Part shown: piece after piece, positions 30,777-40,453 of the stretch
How positions within the stretch are numbered: position 1 is the stretch's first letter
How the letters are laid out: each line of letters opens with the position of its first letter
Source of the DNA: a virus
IMG/VR virus record: IMGVR_UViG_3300025695_000006
Coordinates: 16,331 to 80,330 of that record
DNA: 64,000 nucleotides
Direction: 5' to 3' (one strand)
The notes under the pieces: model-generated
Told to the model about the DNA's origin: nothing
Databases searched by the model: none
The model's input: only the letters and a program-made list of their open reading frames with translations
Program-made: the position numbers and the translations under genes

Positions 30777-31266
30777 GTTATTTGAGAACATAAACGAAGA
30801 AAATTCTATATTAAAGAGTAAATCCTATGACTTACCAGAAGAGTTAATTGATTTATTAAAAAGTGCGATTAAAAAACACTCTGAACATAAGACAGTAAAG
30901 GGTTATAAAAGAGCCAACCATTTAATAAAAAACACTAACCAACCCTTTGTTAACTTAGTTATGATAAAACATTACTTTGATACGCTAGATAAAGACAACT
31001 TAAACCCAATAGAATACGAGTTAAATGGTGGTGATGCTATGAATAAATGGGTTCAGGGTTTAATAAAAAGTGAAAGAGAAAGGGTTAAGAGTCAAAAAGT
31101 CGCAAAAACTAATGCTGGTATGAGTCAACAATTTAGACAAGATGATAAAGATAATGACTTCGACACTAGTATAGGTGATAGAGTTATGGATGTACCAGAC
31201 CTAATGACGAATAGTGCTTTATTAGAGGATATAGATAAAATAAAAAAATTAATAAATAAAATTTAA
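30769..31266 (+). CDS. Hypothetical protein
   Basis: 165-aa ORF overlapping the previous gene; ends LLEDIDKIKKLINKI. Confidence 0.75.
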   Translation: MSELFENINEENSILKSKSYDLPEELIDLLKSAIKKHSEHKTVKGYKRANHLIKNTNQPFVNLVMIKHYFDTLDKDNLNPIEYELNGGDAMNKWVQGLIKSERERVKSQKVAKTNAGMSQQFRQDDKDNDFDTSIGDRVMDVPDLMTNSALLEDIDKIKKLINKI

Positions 31267-31271
31267 AGATT

Positions 31272-31553
31272 ATGGCTAACAATATTTTAAAAGTACCTGC
31301 TTCACAACAACTTAGACAGGTAGCTAGCGATGAAAGAGAAGGTAAATTAATACCAACTAACGAATATAAACCAGATTCATTCGAGTATGGGGCTACAAAC
31401 CCTAATGCTGTAAGTGACGGTGACAGTAAAGGAAAAGGTGATTTAGGGAAAGGTACTATCGGTAACGACACTGATGTAGCTGAAAGATCTAAATTATTAG
31501 CTGTTAATAACTACAAGAATACTAATACATATCCAGACGAATCTGTACTTTAA
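31272..31553 (+). CDS. Hypothetical small protein
   Basis: 93-aa ORF in a tight operon. Confidence 0.7.
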   Translation: MANNILKVPASQQLRQVASDEREGKLIPTNEYKPDSFEYGATNPNAVSDGDSKGKGDLGKGTIGNDTDVAERSKLLAVNNYKNTNTYPDESVL

Positions 31554-31565
31554 TTTTATAATATT

Positions 31566-32114
31566 ATGCTTATAATTGAAAATATCGGTGATGATAAGTT
31601 AGATGTTATTAGATACGCAATTGAAAATAAATACGAGGTTTCGTTCTGGTACAGAGGTGTTAAAGTTAGTGACCCTGACAATAAAAAGTACACTAAACAA
31701 AACTATAGACGCGTACAACCAGTAGCACTAGGTAAAAGTAAGGGTACTGGTAAATGGATGCTTAGGGCCTACCAAACTACAGGTGTGACTAACACAGAAA
31801 ACCAAAAATGGAAAACTTTCATTGTTGATGAAATTAAAGATAATACGATTAAAGTGATGTATGATAACACGGGTAAGAATCTAAAAACTTTCGAACCTAA
31901 AAGCGATTACAAAACGGATGGATCAGACAAAAAGATGGCTAATGATAAGTCTATAAATTATTTAGATGTTAATAAACCAGCTGGACCTAAAGATCCCAAT
32001 TATAAAGAACCAGAAATGGTAAATAAAAATGAAGAAGGAGAAAATGTCGATTTAACTATTAATGAATCTTACAGCTCTGGTTTTCTAAAATGGATATATA
32101 GTACATATGAATAG
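31566..32114 (+). CDS. Stand-alone WYL-domain protein
   Basis: IRYAIENKYEVSFWY..RRVQPVALG..WMLRAY..WKTFIVDEI matches the WYL pattern (AI..r..l.f.Y..R.v.P..L..WYL.a..R.F..drI). Confidence 0.75.
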   Translation: MLIIENIGDDKLDVIRYAIENKYEVSFWYRGVKVSDPDNKKYTKQNYRRVQPVALGKSKGTGKWMLRAYQTTGVTNTENQKWKTFIVDEIKDNTIKVMYDNTGKNLKTFEPKSDYKTDGSDKKMANDKSINYLDVNKPAGPKDPNYKEPEMVNKNEEGENVDLTINESYSSGFLKWIYSTYE

Positions 32115-32703
32115 TGAAGAAAAAGCGAATAAATTAGCTCAAGGTATAGCTAACGCAAGAAAAGTAATGCAGAAAGTAGAAGGTGGTATCTCTAATAGCA
32201 ACCAAAACACAAATAATGGTATTAGCACATCATACCCACCACAACCTAACTATAATGAAAGGGAACCAGAGTACATATCTGAGGCTGAAATGAAAGCAAG
32301 GGTAGCGTCTAAGAACACTGGACCTAAAAAGACTATGAAAAACCTAGAGTCATCTAAAATGCCTAAAGAAATATTAGAATCTTTCTTAAACAACCCTATT
32401 AACGACCCAACAGTACCAGTTGGTTTAGACAACGTTGTAAGTAAGGTTAACGAGACTCAAAACAGTTACAATAACGTATATCAATCAACAGGACCCGAAA
32501 TAACTAAAGAGGTTGTAGTAGAATCTAAAGCTCCAGTTATGGACACTAATTTGATAGAATATATCATAAAAAAAACTGTTGAAGAAACGATAGACAAGAT
32601 GAGTAAAAATACGTCTATTGATGAGACTATACAAATAAAAATAGGTGAAAAGACTTTTGGTGGTAAATTAATGTCATTAAAAGAGAATAATAAAAATAAA
32701 TAA
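32107..32703 (+). CDS. Hypothetical protein
   Basis: 198-aa ORF overlapping the previous gene. Confidence 0.75.
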   Translation: MNSEEKANKLAQGIANARKVMQKVEGGISNSNQNTNNGISTSYPPQPNYNEREPEYISEAEMKARVASKNTGPKKTMKNLESSKMPKEILESFLNNPINDPTVPVGLDNVVSKVNETQNSYNNVYQSTGPEITKEVVVESKAPVMDTNLIEYIIKKTVEETIDKMSKNTSIDETIQIKIGEKTFGGKLMSLKENNKNK

Positions 32704-32716
32704 ATAAATAAAAATT

Positions 32717-32896
32717 ATGAACAAAGAACAATTAATGGGAATTATTAGACACGTACTAACATTTGTTGGTGGTATTGTTGTCGCAAAAGGGTTTGCTGAC
32801 GAAGCTCTTGTATTAGAATTAATCGGTGGTGGTACAACACTAATAGGTGGTATATGGTCAATCTTAGATAAAATCAAGGATACTAAAAAAGTATGA
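32717..32896 (+). CDS. Putative holin (2 TM helices, 59 aa; not in ORF track)
   Basis: Own translation MNKEQLMGIIRHVLTFVGGIVVAKGFADEALVLELIGGGTTLIGGIWSILDKIKDTKKV*: two hydrophobic segments and a basic C-terminus. Confidence 0.7.
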   Translation: MNKEQLMGIIRHVLTFVGGIVVAKGFADEALVLELIGGGTTLIGGIWSILDKIKDTKKV

Positions 32897-32897
32897 T

Positions 32898-33089
32898 ATG
32901 TCTGTAATAAAATTTTGTAAAAACAAATGTTGTCCAGTAATAGAGGTGAAAGAATCCACGATAGTACTTGGCGATAAAGAAGGTCCAGAAGGTATAACCA
33001 CATGGACTAAATCACAGTTTTCTGATTTTGTTGAGGCGGCCAAGTCGGGTAAGTTCGACGATATAACCACCAACAAACAAGAAAGTTAA
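32898..33089 (+). CDS. Small Cys-containing protein, DUF397-like
   Basis: CCPVIEV..IVLGDKEGPEG..W.KSQFSDFVEAAKSGKFD resembles DUF397 (CVEV..VRDSK.P.G..F...W..F...VK.G.FD). Confidence 0.5.
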   Translation: MSVIKFCKNKCCPVIEVKESTIVLGDKEGPEGITTWTKSQFSDFVEAAKSGKFDDITTNKQES

Positions 33090-33095
33090 AAACTC

Positions 33096-33133
33096 AAAAA
33101 CCCAATTAAATGCAATATATTAATTGGGTTTTT
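33096..33133. terminator. Bidirectional intrinsic terminator
   Basis: AAAAACCCAATTAA ... TTAATTGGGTTTTT inverted repeat. Confidence 0.7.
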
Positions 33134-33169
33134 AATTAAATTCACTATATTGCAATAAATCTACTAACT

Positions 33170-33940
33170 ATGAAACAAATAATCTTAAGCCTGTTAATCA
33201 CAACAGCACTATTCGCTTGTCGAAAAACATCACCAATGGAAGAATCAGAAAACACATTGGAAGTAACAGAAGCAAACATGGCTGTTATCGGAAAGAGAAC
33301 TGCAACTTGGTGCGGGCCTTGTGGAAGTTGGGGGTTTCCTCAATTTGAAACATTGAAAGAAACTTACAAAGGAAAAGCCCTATTTATGGCTTGGAAAGAC
33401 GCCTTTACAACTACCGAAGGTTCAACTTTGTTTGATGAAGTAGGACCAACTTTTAACTTAGGGGGTTCAGTACCAACATTTTTTTACAATTTTATTCCAA
33501 ACGCTGATGATTCAGTGATTACGAAGCACGTTGAATCTGATTACGTTGTTGCTAGCGCTAATTACGACATGGAAGTATCAGGTCAAAATGTGTTGTTAAA
33601 AACCACAACAAAGTTTTTTGCTAATGTGGAAGGTGTGTACTATATAGCCCCATACATGATAGTTGACAACATCGTTGGTTACCAAAATGGGCATGTTGAC
33701 GGGAACAACACAGTTCATCACAACTATGTTGCTAGAGTCGCAAAACCAACAACGGTTAGTTCAGTAGAAAACTTTGGGTACCAATTAACAACAAATGGTG
33801 CTGAAAGAGGCCACACAATTAACCTAGACTTTACAGTAAAAAAAGATGTTTCCTGGAAAACAAAAGATATTTCTTTCGGATTAGTGATCTACAAACAAGA
33901 ACCTTGGGGGTTACAATTTGTCAACGCATTCACTAAATAA
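33170..33940 (+). CDS. Omp28-like outer-membrane lipoprotein with thioredoxin-like WCGPC motif
   Basis: Signal peptide II MKQIILSLLITTALFA-C; TATWCGPCG; GYQNG..HHNYVAR. Confidence 0.75.
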   Translation: MKQIILSLLITTALFACRKTSPMEESENTLEVTEANMAVIGKRTATWCGPCGSWGFPQFETLKETYKGKALFMAWKDAFTTTEGSTLFDEVGPTFNLGGSVPTFFYNFIPNADDSVITKHVESDYVVASANYDMEVSGQNVLLKTTTKFFANVEGVYYIAPYMIVDNIVGYQNGHVDGNNTVHHNYVARVAKPTTVSSVENFGYQLTTNGAERGHTINLDFTVKKDVSWKTKDISFGLVIYKQEPWGLQFVNAFTK

Positions 33941-33970
33941 CTTTAATTAATAAAGGTAAATTTTTATTAT

Positions 33971-34717
33971 ATGAATAAGATTAGAATTCTAGTTATAGGT
34001 GAGAGTTGCACTGACGAGTTTATTTATTGTAAATCGGATAGATTATCACCAGAAGCCCCAGTACCAGTTTTAAACCCAATAAAAACTGTTAAAAATAGAG
34101 GTATGTCTGGTAACACAACAACAAATTTAAAGTCTATATTACCAAACTCTCAGATTACTTCAGTGATACAAACTGAAAATATAACTAAAACACGTTATAT
34201 CGAGAATAAATCTAACCATATGTTCTTAAGGGTAGATAAAGGTGAGGACAGTTTAACACCTATAGAATGGACTAACGATATCATAGAATCTATAAAACAG
34301 GCTGATATAGTCGTTGTAAGTGATTACAACAAAGGTTTTTTAAAGGATTCTGATGTAAAAAGAATAGGAGAGTTAAGTGAGTTATCTATATTAGATTCTA
34401 AGCGTAAATTAAATAATGATATTATAAATAGTTATACGTTTATAAAATTGAATGAATCAGAATATGGTAACAATAAACATTTAACACATAACGGTATTAT
34501 AGTAACACTAGGATCTAAAGGTGCTAGACATGGTAGTAAATTATACCCATCACTAAACCCTCAAGAAACCATAGACGTAAGCGGTGCTGGTGATACTTTT
34601 ACCGCTTCATTCATAACTACCTACTATATAACCTCAGATATTTCAGAAGCTATAATAAAAGCTAATGAAAACGCTTCCAACGTCGTAAGTAGAAGAGGGG
34701 TAGTAACACCCAAATAA
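33971..34717 (+). CDS. PfkB-family heptose-7-phosphate kinase (RfaE/HldE domain I-like)
   Basis: ILVIGE..D..RLSPEAPVPV, SDYNKG and DVSGAGDTF motifs. Confidence 0.85.
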   Translation: MNKIRILVIGESCTDEFIYCKSDRLSPEAPVPVLNPIKTVKNRGMSGNTTTNLKSILPNSQITSVIQTENITKTRYIENKSNHMFLRVDKGEDSLTPIEWTNDIIESIKQADIVVVSDYNKGFLKDSDVKRIGELSELSILDSKRKLNNDIINSYTFIKLNESEYGNNKHLTHNGIIVTLGSKGARHGSKLYPSLNPQETIDVSGAGDTFTASFITTYYITSDISEAIIKANENASNVVSRRGVVTPK

Positions 34718-34779
34718 ATAAACAGATTTACTTTAATTTATGCATTAAATTTACTATTATTACACAAATAATAAATTTA

Positions 34780-36003
34780 ATGAGTAAGATAAACATACTA
34801 GTTAACCCTAATGATAGGTCTGGATCTGGTAAATACAGGTGTATAGACCCACACGTAACCCTACAAAATAACCACAGTGAAGAATATTTTGTAGAGATAA
34901 ACCAAAATATAGATTTTAACGACACTAACTACCTAAAAAAGTTTAATATATTCTTTTTTAATAGGGTACCTGGGGGTAATTACCAACAAGCCGAAGAGAT
35001 TTTCGCTAAGATAAAATCTTTAGGTGGTAAAATAGTTCTTGATTTAGATGACTACTGGAGATTGGATAAATCTCACGGTATGTATTTACAGGCTAAAGAA
35101 GGTGGATACAGTAGAACTATTATCAATCTAGTTAAAAGTGCTGATATGGTAACTGTTACAACAGAAATACTAAGAGATGAAGTATTTAAGTACAACAAAA
35201 ACTGTTTCGTATTACCAAACGCGATTAACCCAAAAGAACAACAATTTACACCAAAACCTACAGAATCTGATAGATTAAGGTTCGGTTGGCTTGGCGGGTC
35301 TTCCCATATTAAAGATATCGAATTAATTAAAGATATAGCTCAGACCACAGCAAAACGAAAAGATGAAATACAATTTGTTTTATGCGGTTTCGATAAAAGA
35401 GGTAAGGTTAAAATGTTCAACCCAGAAACTAAAAAGTGGATGGAAAGAGATATGCAACCACTAGAAACTACATGGTTCATGTATGAGGTGTTTATAACTA
35501 ACAATTTTAGATTATTAGAGGGTGATACCGAGTATCTAAGTCATCTAATGAAGTTTGACCCAGAAGTTAAATTTGATGACTTAAACAAACCATACAGAAG
35601 GATATGGACAAAAAATATTAATAACTATGCTACAGGTTATAACGAGTTCGATGTAGCATTAGCACCTTTGTTAGATAACGAATTTAATAAATACAAGTCT
35701 CAGTTAAAAGTTATTGAGGCTGGTTTCCACAAAAAACCTATCATTGCACAAAACTACGGTCCGTATACAATAGATTTAATATCAGCGGTAAACAAAGGTG
35801 GTACTATTAACAGTGATGGTAACTCTTTATTAGTGGAAACTAGTAAAAACCATAAACAATGGGGTAAACACGTTAAAATGTTAATGGATAACCCAAATAT
35901 GGTAACGGACTTAGGTGAAAAGTTATACGAAACAGTTAAAGATCGTTACGATATAAATAACGTAACAAAATATAGAGACGAATTATACAAATCATTAGTT
36001 TAG
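34780..36003 (+). CDS. GT-B fold glycosyltransferase (GT4-like)
   Basis: VLDLDDYW, ADMVTVTT, VLPNAI, FGWLGGSSH, DVALAPL..FN.YKSQLKVIEAG. Confidence 0.85.
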   Translation: MSKINILVNPNDRSGSGKYRCIDPHVTLQNNHSEEYFVEINQNIDFNDTNYLKKFNIFFFNRVPGGNYQQAEEIFAKIKSLGGKIVLDLDDYWRLDKSHGMYLQAKEGGYSRTIINLVKSADMVTVTTEILRDEVFKYNKNCFVLPNAINPKEQQFTPKPTESDRLRFGWLGGSSHIKDIELIKDIAQTTAKRKDEIQFVLCGFDKRGKVKMFNPETKKWMERDMQPLETTWFMYEVFITNNFRLLEGDTEYLSHLMKFDPEVKFDDLNKPYRRIWTKNINNYATGYNEFDVALAPLLDNEFNKYKSQLKVIEAGFHKKPIIAQNYGPYTIDLISAVNKGGTINSDGNSLLVETSKNHKQWGKHVKMLMDNPNMVTDLGEKLYETVKDRYDINNVTKYRDELYKSLV

Positions 36004-36004
36004 A

Positions 36005-36589
36005 ATGGAAAATCATTTAGATAATATAAACATAAACGAACTTCTTAGTGAGGATGTTAAGAAAGACTTAGAAAGTGTGTTAGGTCAAACACAAGATTTA
36101 ATGGGTGACTGGGATTACGACCAAGAAACCATGAGTATAAAATTAAAAGTATCATTTATAAATAAATCTGACAACCCTGACCCATCATACGAAAAACACG
36201 GCGACAGTGGTTTTGATATTAGAGCCAATATAGATGAACCGATCGAACTAAAACCAGGTAATAGAACATTAATAAAAACTGGTTTATATTTTCAGATACC
36301 GTTAGGTTATGAATTACAGGTTAGGTCTAGAAGTGGTTTAGCCCTTAAAAACGGTGTGATGGTATTAAATAGTCCTGGTACAGTAGACTCTGGTTACAGA
36401 GGCGAAGTAGGGGTTATACTTTATAATACAGATAATTCAGAATCATTTGCCGTAAATAATGGTGATAGAATAGCCCAAGGAGTTATAGCCGCCGTACAAA
36501 CAATGGATAGGACTAAACTTATAAAAAAAGATAAACTATCTTCATCAGAAAGAGGTGAAGGCGGGTTTGGTTCAACAGGAGTTAAATAA
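36005..36589 (+). CDS. dut: Trimeric dUTPase with N-terminal extension
   Basis: SGFDI, RSRSGLA, GTVDSGYRGE, GDRIAQ and RGEGGFGSTG (motifs I-V). Confidence 0.95.
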   Translation: MENHLDNININELLSEDVKKDLESVLGQTQDLMGDWDYDQETMSIKLKVSFINKSDNPDPSYEKHGDSGFDIRANIDEPIELKPGNRTLIKTGLYFQIPLGYELQVRSRSGLALKNGVMVLNSPGTVDSGYRGEVGVILYNTDNSESFAVNNGDRIAQGVIAAVQTMDRTKLIKKDKLSSSERGEGGFGSTGVK

Positions 36590-36593
36590 TGTT

Positions 36594-36896
36594 ATGGAAG
36601 AATTTAAAGAACAAATAAAGGCTTACAAAACTATCACACCAGATGTACTAGATAGAGTCGAGTACAAAACAGTTTGGTCTGGTAAAAGGATAGAGGTCGG
36701 AGATAAAGTATTGTACGCATTTGTTTATCCACCAGGATCGGACGAGTATAAGTTAGCCACTTTCCTCCAAAGAGAGCTAAATGAGGTTAGTTTAAAATTT
36801 AGTTTCATACAGATGTTTAATGGGATCATACCTGTATTAAAATTTAAAGACGATGATACGGTACGAGAATTAATAGAAGAAAAAGATGAAGACTAA
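36594..36896 (+). CDS. Hypothetical protein
   Basis: Likely start is the ATG at 36594 (MEEFKEQ), just after the dut stop. Confidence 0.65.
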   Translation: MEEFKEQIKAYKTITPDVLDRVEYKTVWSGKRIEVGDKVLYAFVYPPGSDEYKLATFLQRELNEVSLKFSFIQMFNGIIPVLKFKDDDTVRELIEEKDED

Positions 36897-38325
36897 CATT
36901 AAGATCAGTGTCGTTTTCTCAACCAGAGCTATAGACGATTCATTTGTTGAACACGTAAAAAAAACATGTCTACATAAAGGTGTTGAAGTATTACCGTACC
37001 TAAATAACGGAGAATACTCATTAACTGAAATATACAACAAAGGGTTAAAAGAAGCGTCTAGTGATATAGTGGTTTTTTGTCATGATGATATAATTTTTGA
37101 AACAAAAAATTGGGGTAATAAGTTAATAAAACATTTTGATAAAAATGAAGAATATTCCATACTAGGTGTTGCTGGCACGAATCACATGATCAGTGGTATG
37201 TGGTGGGAGATAAGGAACGCTATGCACGGAACCGTTAAACACACCGACGGTAATAAAGTATGGGAGAATAAATTCTCTAAAAGTTACGGTAATGAACTAA
37301 AAGAGATGGTTGTTCTGGATGGTTTATTTTTAGCGGTAGATAGGACTAGGTTAATAAGTAAATTCGATGAATCGTATAAAGGGTTCCATTTCTATGACAT
37401 ATCATTTTGTTTTGATAATCATATAAATGGGGCTAAAATAGGTTTAATGTCTAATATTAAATTGATACATAAATCGGTTGGTGGTACTAACAAACAATGG
37501 GAGGAGAATAAATTAATCTTTGAGACCAGAAATTCTAAAAACATACCAATAAACCTAAATAAAAACACCTCACATATAGTATTCGATAAATCATTACCAA
37601 AAGTAGACTTACACGTACTATGTTGGAACGAAGAAAAGATAATCCCTTCATTTTTAAAACACTACGAAAACTGGGTTGATAGAATCATAGTTTACGATAA
37701 CAAATCTAATGACAATAGTGTTAAGATATTAACTGAACACCCTAAAGTAACTATCATTAGTTACGATACTGGTGGTGAAATACGCGACGATGCCTACCTA
37801 CAGATAAAAAATAATTTATGGAAAAATTCGATAGGTAGAGCGGACATTGTAATAGTTTGTGATATGGACGAGTTTCTATATACCGAAAACATAGGAACTT
37901 TAATACGAAACTTTAACGATAGTAGTGCTACTATAATAAAACCAGTGGGTTATGATATGATAATAGAGGATTTCGACATCACTAAAAGTGTTGATTTATT
38001 AAGTGACGTTAAATACGGTATAAGACACAATCATTTTGACAAACTATGTATGTTCAAGCCAAGTGAGATAAAGGAGATTAATTATAATTTCGGCTGTCAT
38101 GTCGCTAACCCCTCTGGTAATGTAAAGTATTTCGATGGTGATGTTAAACTATTACATTATAAAAAAATAGGGTTAAAATACTTTCTAGATAAAATGGGTA
38201 GTTACCATAAAAGGTTAAGTAAGTTTAACAGGGATAGATCCCTGGGTTACCAATACGATTTCGATAGAGAGAAACATATCACAGACTTCACTAAAGATTC
38301 TCATAAAAGTAAAAAAGTTATATGA
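36886..38325 (+). CDS. Two-domain GT-A (GT2-like) glycosyltransferase
   Basis: Domain 1 YNKGL..VVFCHDDI..DGLFL..FHFYD; domain 2 CWNEEKII..YDNKSND..VIVCDMDEF..LLHYK. Confidence 0.85.
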   Translation: MKTNIKISVVFSTRAIDDSFVEHVKKTCLHKGVEVLPYLNNGEYSLTEIYNKGLKEASSDIVVFCHDDIIFETKNWGNKLIKHFDKNEEYSILGVAGTNHMISGMWWEIRNAMHGTVKHTDGNKVWENKFSKSYGNELKEMVVLDGLFLAVDRTRLISKFDESYKGFHFYDISFCFDNHINGAKIGLMSNIKLIHKSVGGTNKQWEENKLIFETRNSKNIPINLNKNTSHIVFDKSLPKVDLHVLCWNEEKIIPSFLKHYENWVDRIIVYDNKSNDNSVKILTEHPKVTIISYDTGGEIRDDAYLQIKNNLWKNSIGRADIVIVCDMDEFLYTENIGTLIRNFNDSSATIIKPVGYDMIIEDFDITKSVDLLSDVKYGIRHNHFDKLCMFKPSEIKEINYNFGCHVANPSGNVKYFDGDVKLLHYKKIGLKYFLDKMGSYHKRLSKFNRDRSLGYQYDFDREKHITDFTKDSHKSKKVI

Positions 38326-38855
38326 AAGAAGTTTTATTGATAGGTAATGGTCCGTCTTGTTTAGATAAAGAATTGGGTGAACTAATAGACTCTCATGAAA
38401 CAGTTATTAGGTTCAATGACTTCGAGACAAAAGGTTACGAAAAACACGTTGGTACCAAAACAGACGTATGGGTCAAGACTAAAATGTCATCTAAACATAT
38501 AACCAAAAACTTCAAAAGTAAATTCTACGTTTACCCAAACATCATAAGATGTACCGAAGAAGAGAAGAAGATTTTAGTTAATGATGGGTTTAATGTGATC
38601 CCTGTAAAATTCTACAACAAGGTAAATAAATTGTTAGACGCTGGTAACCTATGGGCCACTACTGGATTAGTGATGATATACTATTTTATAGAAAAAGGTT
38701 ATAATGTCAAAATACATGGTTTTGATTTCTTTGAGAATGGAGTTCATTACTATAAAGACGATAATAAAATGATAGGTCATAGACCAGACTTAGAAAAGGC
38801 TTTGGTCAACAATCTCATTAATAAAGGTGAAGTTAAATTATTATATAATGGATAA
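38322..38855 (+). CDS. GT29 sialyltransferase-like protein 1
   Basis: Sialylmotif L (IGNGPS..G.LID..VIRFN..GY..HVGTKT), S (TTG..V.IHGFDFF), III (HYY) and VS (HRPDLE). Confidence 0.8.
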   Translation: MKEVLLIGNGPSCLDKELGELIDSHETVIRFNDFETKGYEKHVGTKTDVWVKTKMSSKHITKNFKSKFYVYPNIIRCTEEEKKILVNDGFNVIPVKFYNKVNKLLDAGNLWATTGLVMIYYFIEKGYNVKIHGFDFFENGVHYYKDDNKMIGHRPDLEKALVNNLINKGEVKLLYNG

Positions 38856-39498
38856 ACTTAAAATATTAATACCAGCCAGAAGAAACTCAAAAGGCTTACC
38901 TTTTAAAAATAGGTTACTTTTTAACGAAACAGTTGATAGTATACCTAAAAAATACCACAAATACATAATTGTATCAACAGATGATGAAGTATTGATCGAA
39001 AAATGTGAATTAATGGGTTTAAAAGTTTCTATTAGACCAGATGAGTTAGCCATTGACACAACCAGCACAAAAGAAGTCATTGAATACCTAGTTAAAAACG
39101 GTGATTTAAATTACGACGATGTGGTTATAATGCTATACCTAACTTACCCAGAAAGAACTTTTAAAGAGGTTAAAAATGTCTATAAATTATTTTTAGATAA
39201 TAAAGAAAAAAGTTTGTTGTGTAAAAAGGATTTTAAAGGTGTACACCCATATTTATATATGTTAAACGCAGGTAACAACAAAGGTAGACAGTTAGTTAAA
39301 CATAATCTATACAGGAGACAAGACTACCCAGAAATATTTGAAATATCTCATTACATATCTATATTTAAGGTTAGTGAATTAGGTAAACTAAACAATAATT
39401 TATATAATGATGATACATATTTCTTTAAAATATACGATGTTATAGACGTTGACACTAAAAAAGATTTTGATGGGTTACTTCGCAAAGAAAAAAAATAA
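38848..39498 (+). CDS. neuA: CMP-nonulosonate (acylneuraminate) cytidylyltransferase
   Basis: LIPARRNSKGLPFKN, VSTDD, RPDELA, RRQD and IDVDT; likely start is the ATG at 38848. Confidence 0.9.
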   Translation: MDKLKILIPARRNSKGLPFKNRLLFNETVDSIPKKYHKYIIVSTDDEVLIEKCELMGLKVSIRPDELAIDTTSTKEVIEYLVKNGDLNYDDVVIMLYLTYPERTFKEVKNVYKLFLDNKEKSLLCKKDFKGVHPYLYMLNAGNNKGRQLVKHNLYRRQDYPEIFEISHYISIFKVSELGKLNNNLYNDDTYFFKIYDVIDVDTKKDFDGLLRKEKK

Positions 39499-40453
39499 GG
39501 GTAAATCAATAGTTACTAAGAGTAACCAGAAACAAAGAATTAAAATTAATTCTCAGGTCGATGAGGTCTTAGAAAACGTGGTTGAAATAGTAACAGCTAA
39601 CAACCCTAAAAAAGGTCTTAAAGTGAATAAAACTAAAAATGTTGACTTAAAGAAAGGGGTTGTAAAAACAGAACAAAAAAATGTTGACTTAAAGAAAGGG
39701 GTTGTAAAAACAGAACAAAAAAATGTTTCTGAACCTACACTCACCACTATTAAAGGAACTAAAACAAAAAACAATGATAAGTCTAATCAAGAATTATATG
39801 ACGAAACCATTGACAGATTATTAAACCAATTTTTAAAAAAACGCTCTTTATTATCTTTAGATAATTTAAAGAGGATGATAAAAAATAAGACTATAATATT
39901 AGTTGCTAACTCATCAGACTTACTTAAAAAAGAAAATGGTGATATTATTGACTCTAATGATATTGTCGTAAGATTCAACTCATTTAAATTAAACGAAGTA
40001 TATACTGGGTCTAAAACTACAATACATGTTAGCGTATACCTACAAGACGAAAATCTAGATAAATACGTACCTATAAGATTTATCATATCAAATAACCTCA
40101 CTAACTGGATCAATAAGGTTAAAGGTTTAAACAAGGTTCATCAGGGGTTAATACTTAAGTATAACCACCATAATGATCATAATAGTATGAAAACAGACGA
40201 ACAACCAAGCACTAGCGGGTATACCATGCTAAAGTTATTATTACACCTAGGTGGGTTTAAAAAGATAGACCTAATAGGATTTAACTTCTATGACGGTGGT
40301 GAAAATAGTTTATTAAGGACAGATAAAGGTTTAGAGTACGAGATATCTAAAGTACATAATTATAAGAAAGAGAAATTAGAAATAATGAGTATGGCTTTTG
40401 AGTATGATAAAAAAAATAATATAATAACTTTTTATGATAGTAACACATACTAA
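39470..40453 (+). CDS. GT29 sialyltransferase-like protein 2 with Lys-rich N-terminal extension
   Basis: L motif ILVANSS..G.IIDS.DIVVRFN..TGSKT; S motif PSTSG..IDLIGFNFY; VS motif HNYKKE; likely start is the ATG at 39470. Confidence 0.75.
   Translation: MGYFAKKKNKGKSIVTKSNQKQRIKINSQVDEVLENVVEIVTANNPKKGLKVNKTKNVDLKKGVVKTEQKNVDLKKGVVKTEQKNVSEPTLTTIKGTKTKNNDKSNQELYDETIDRLLNQFLKKRSLLSLDNLKRMIKNKTIILVANSSDLLKKENGDIIDSNDIVVRFNSFKLNEVYTGSKTTIHVSVYLQDENLDKYVPIRFIISNNLTNWINKVKGLNKVHQGLILKYNHHNDHNSMKTDEQPSTSGYTMLKLLLHLGGFKKIDLIGFNFYDGGENSLLRTDKGLEYEISKVHNYKKEKLEIMSMAFEYDKKNNIITFYDSNTY
39635..39727 (+). repeat. Perfect 42-nt tandem duplication (KNVDLKKGVVKTEQ x2 plus partial)
   Basis: Units begin at 39635, 39677 and (partial) 39719. 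Confidence 0.9.

Noticed and set aside
33111-33154. Antiterminator from the TGCAATATA/TATATTGCA inverted repeat
   Set aside because: Only 9 AT-rich bp, and the second arm lies downstream of the U-tract, so it could not pre-empt termination.
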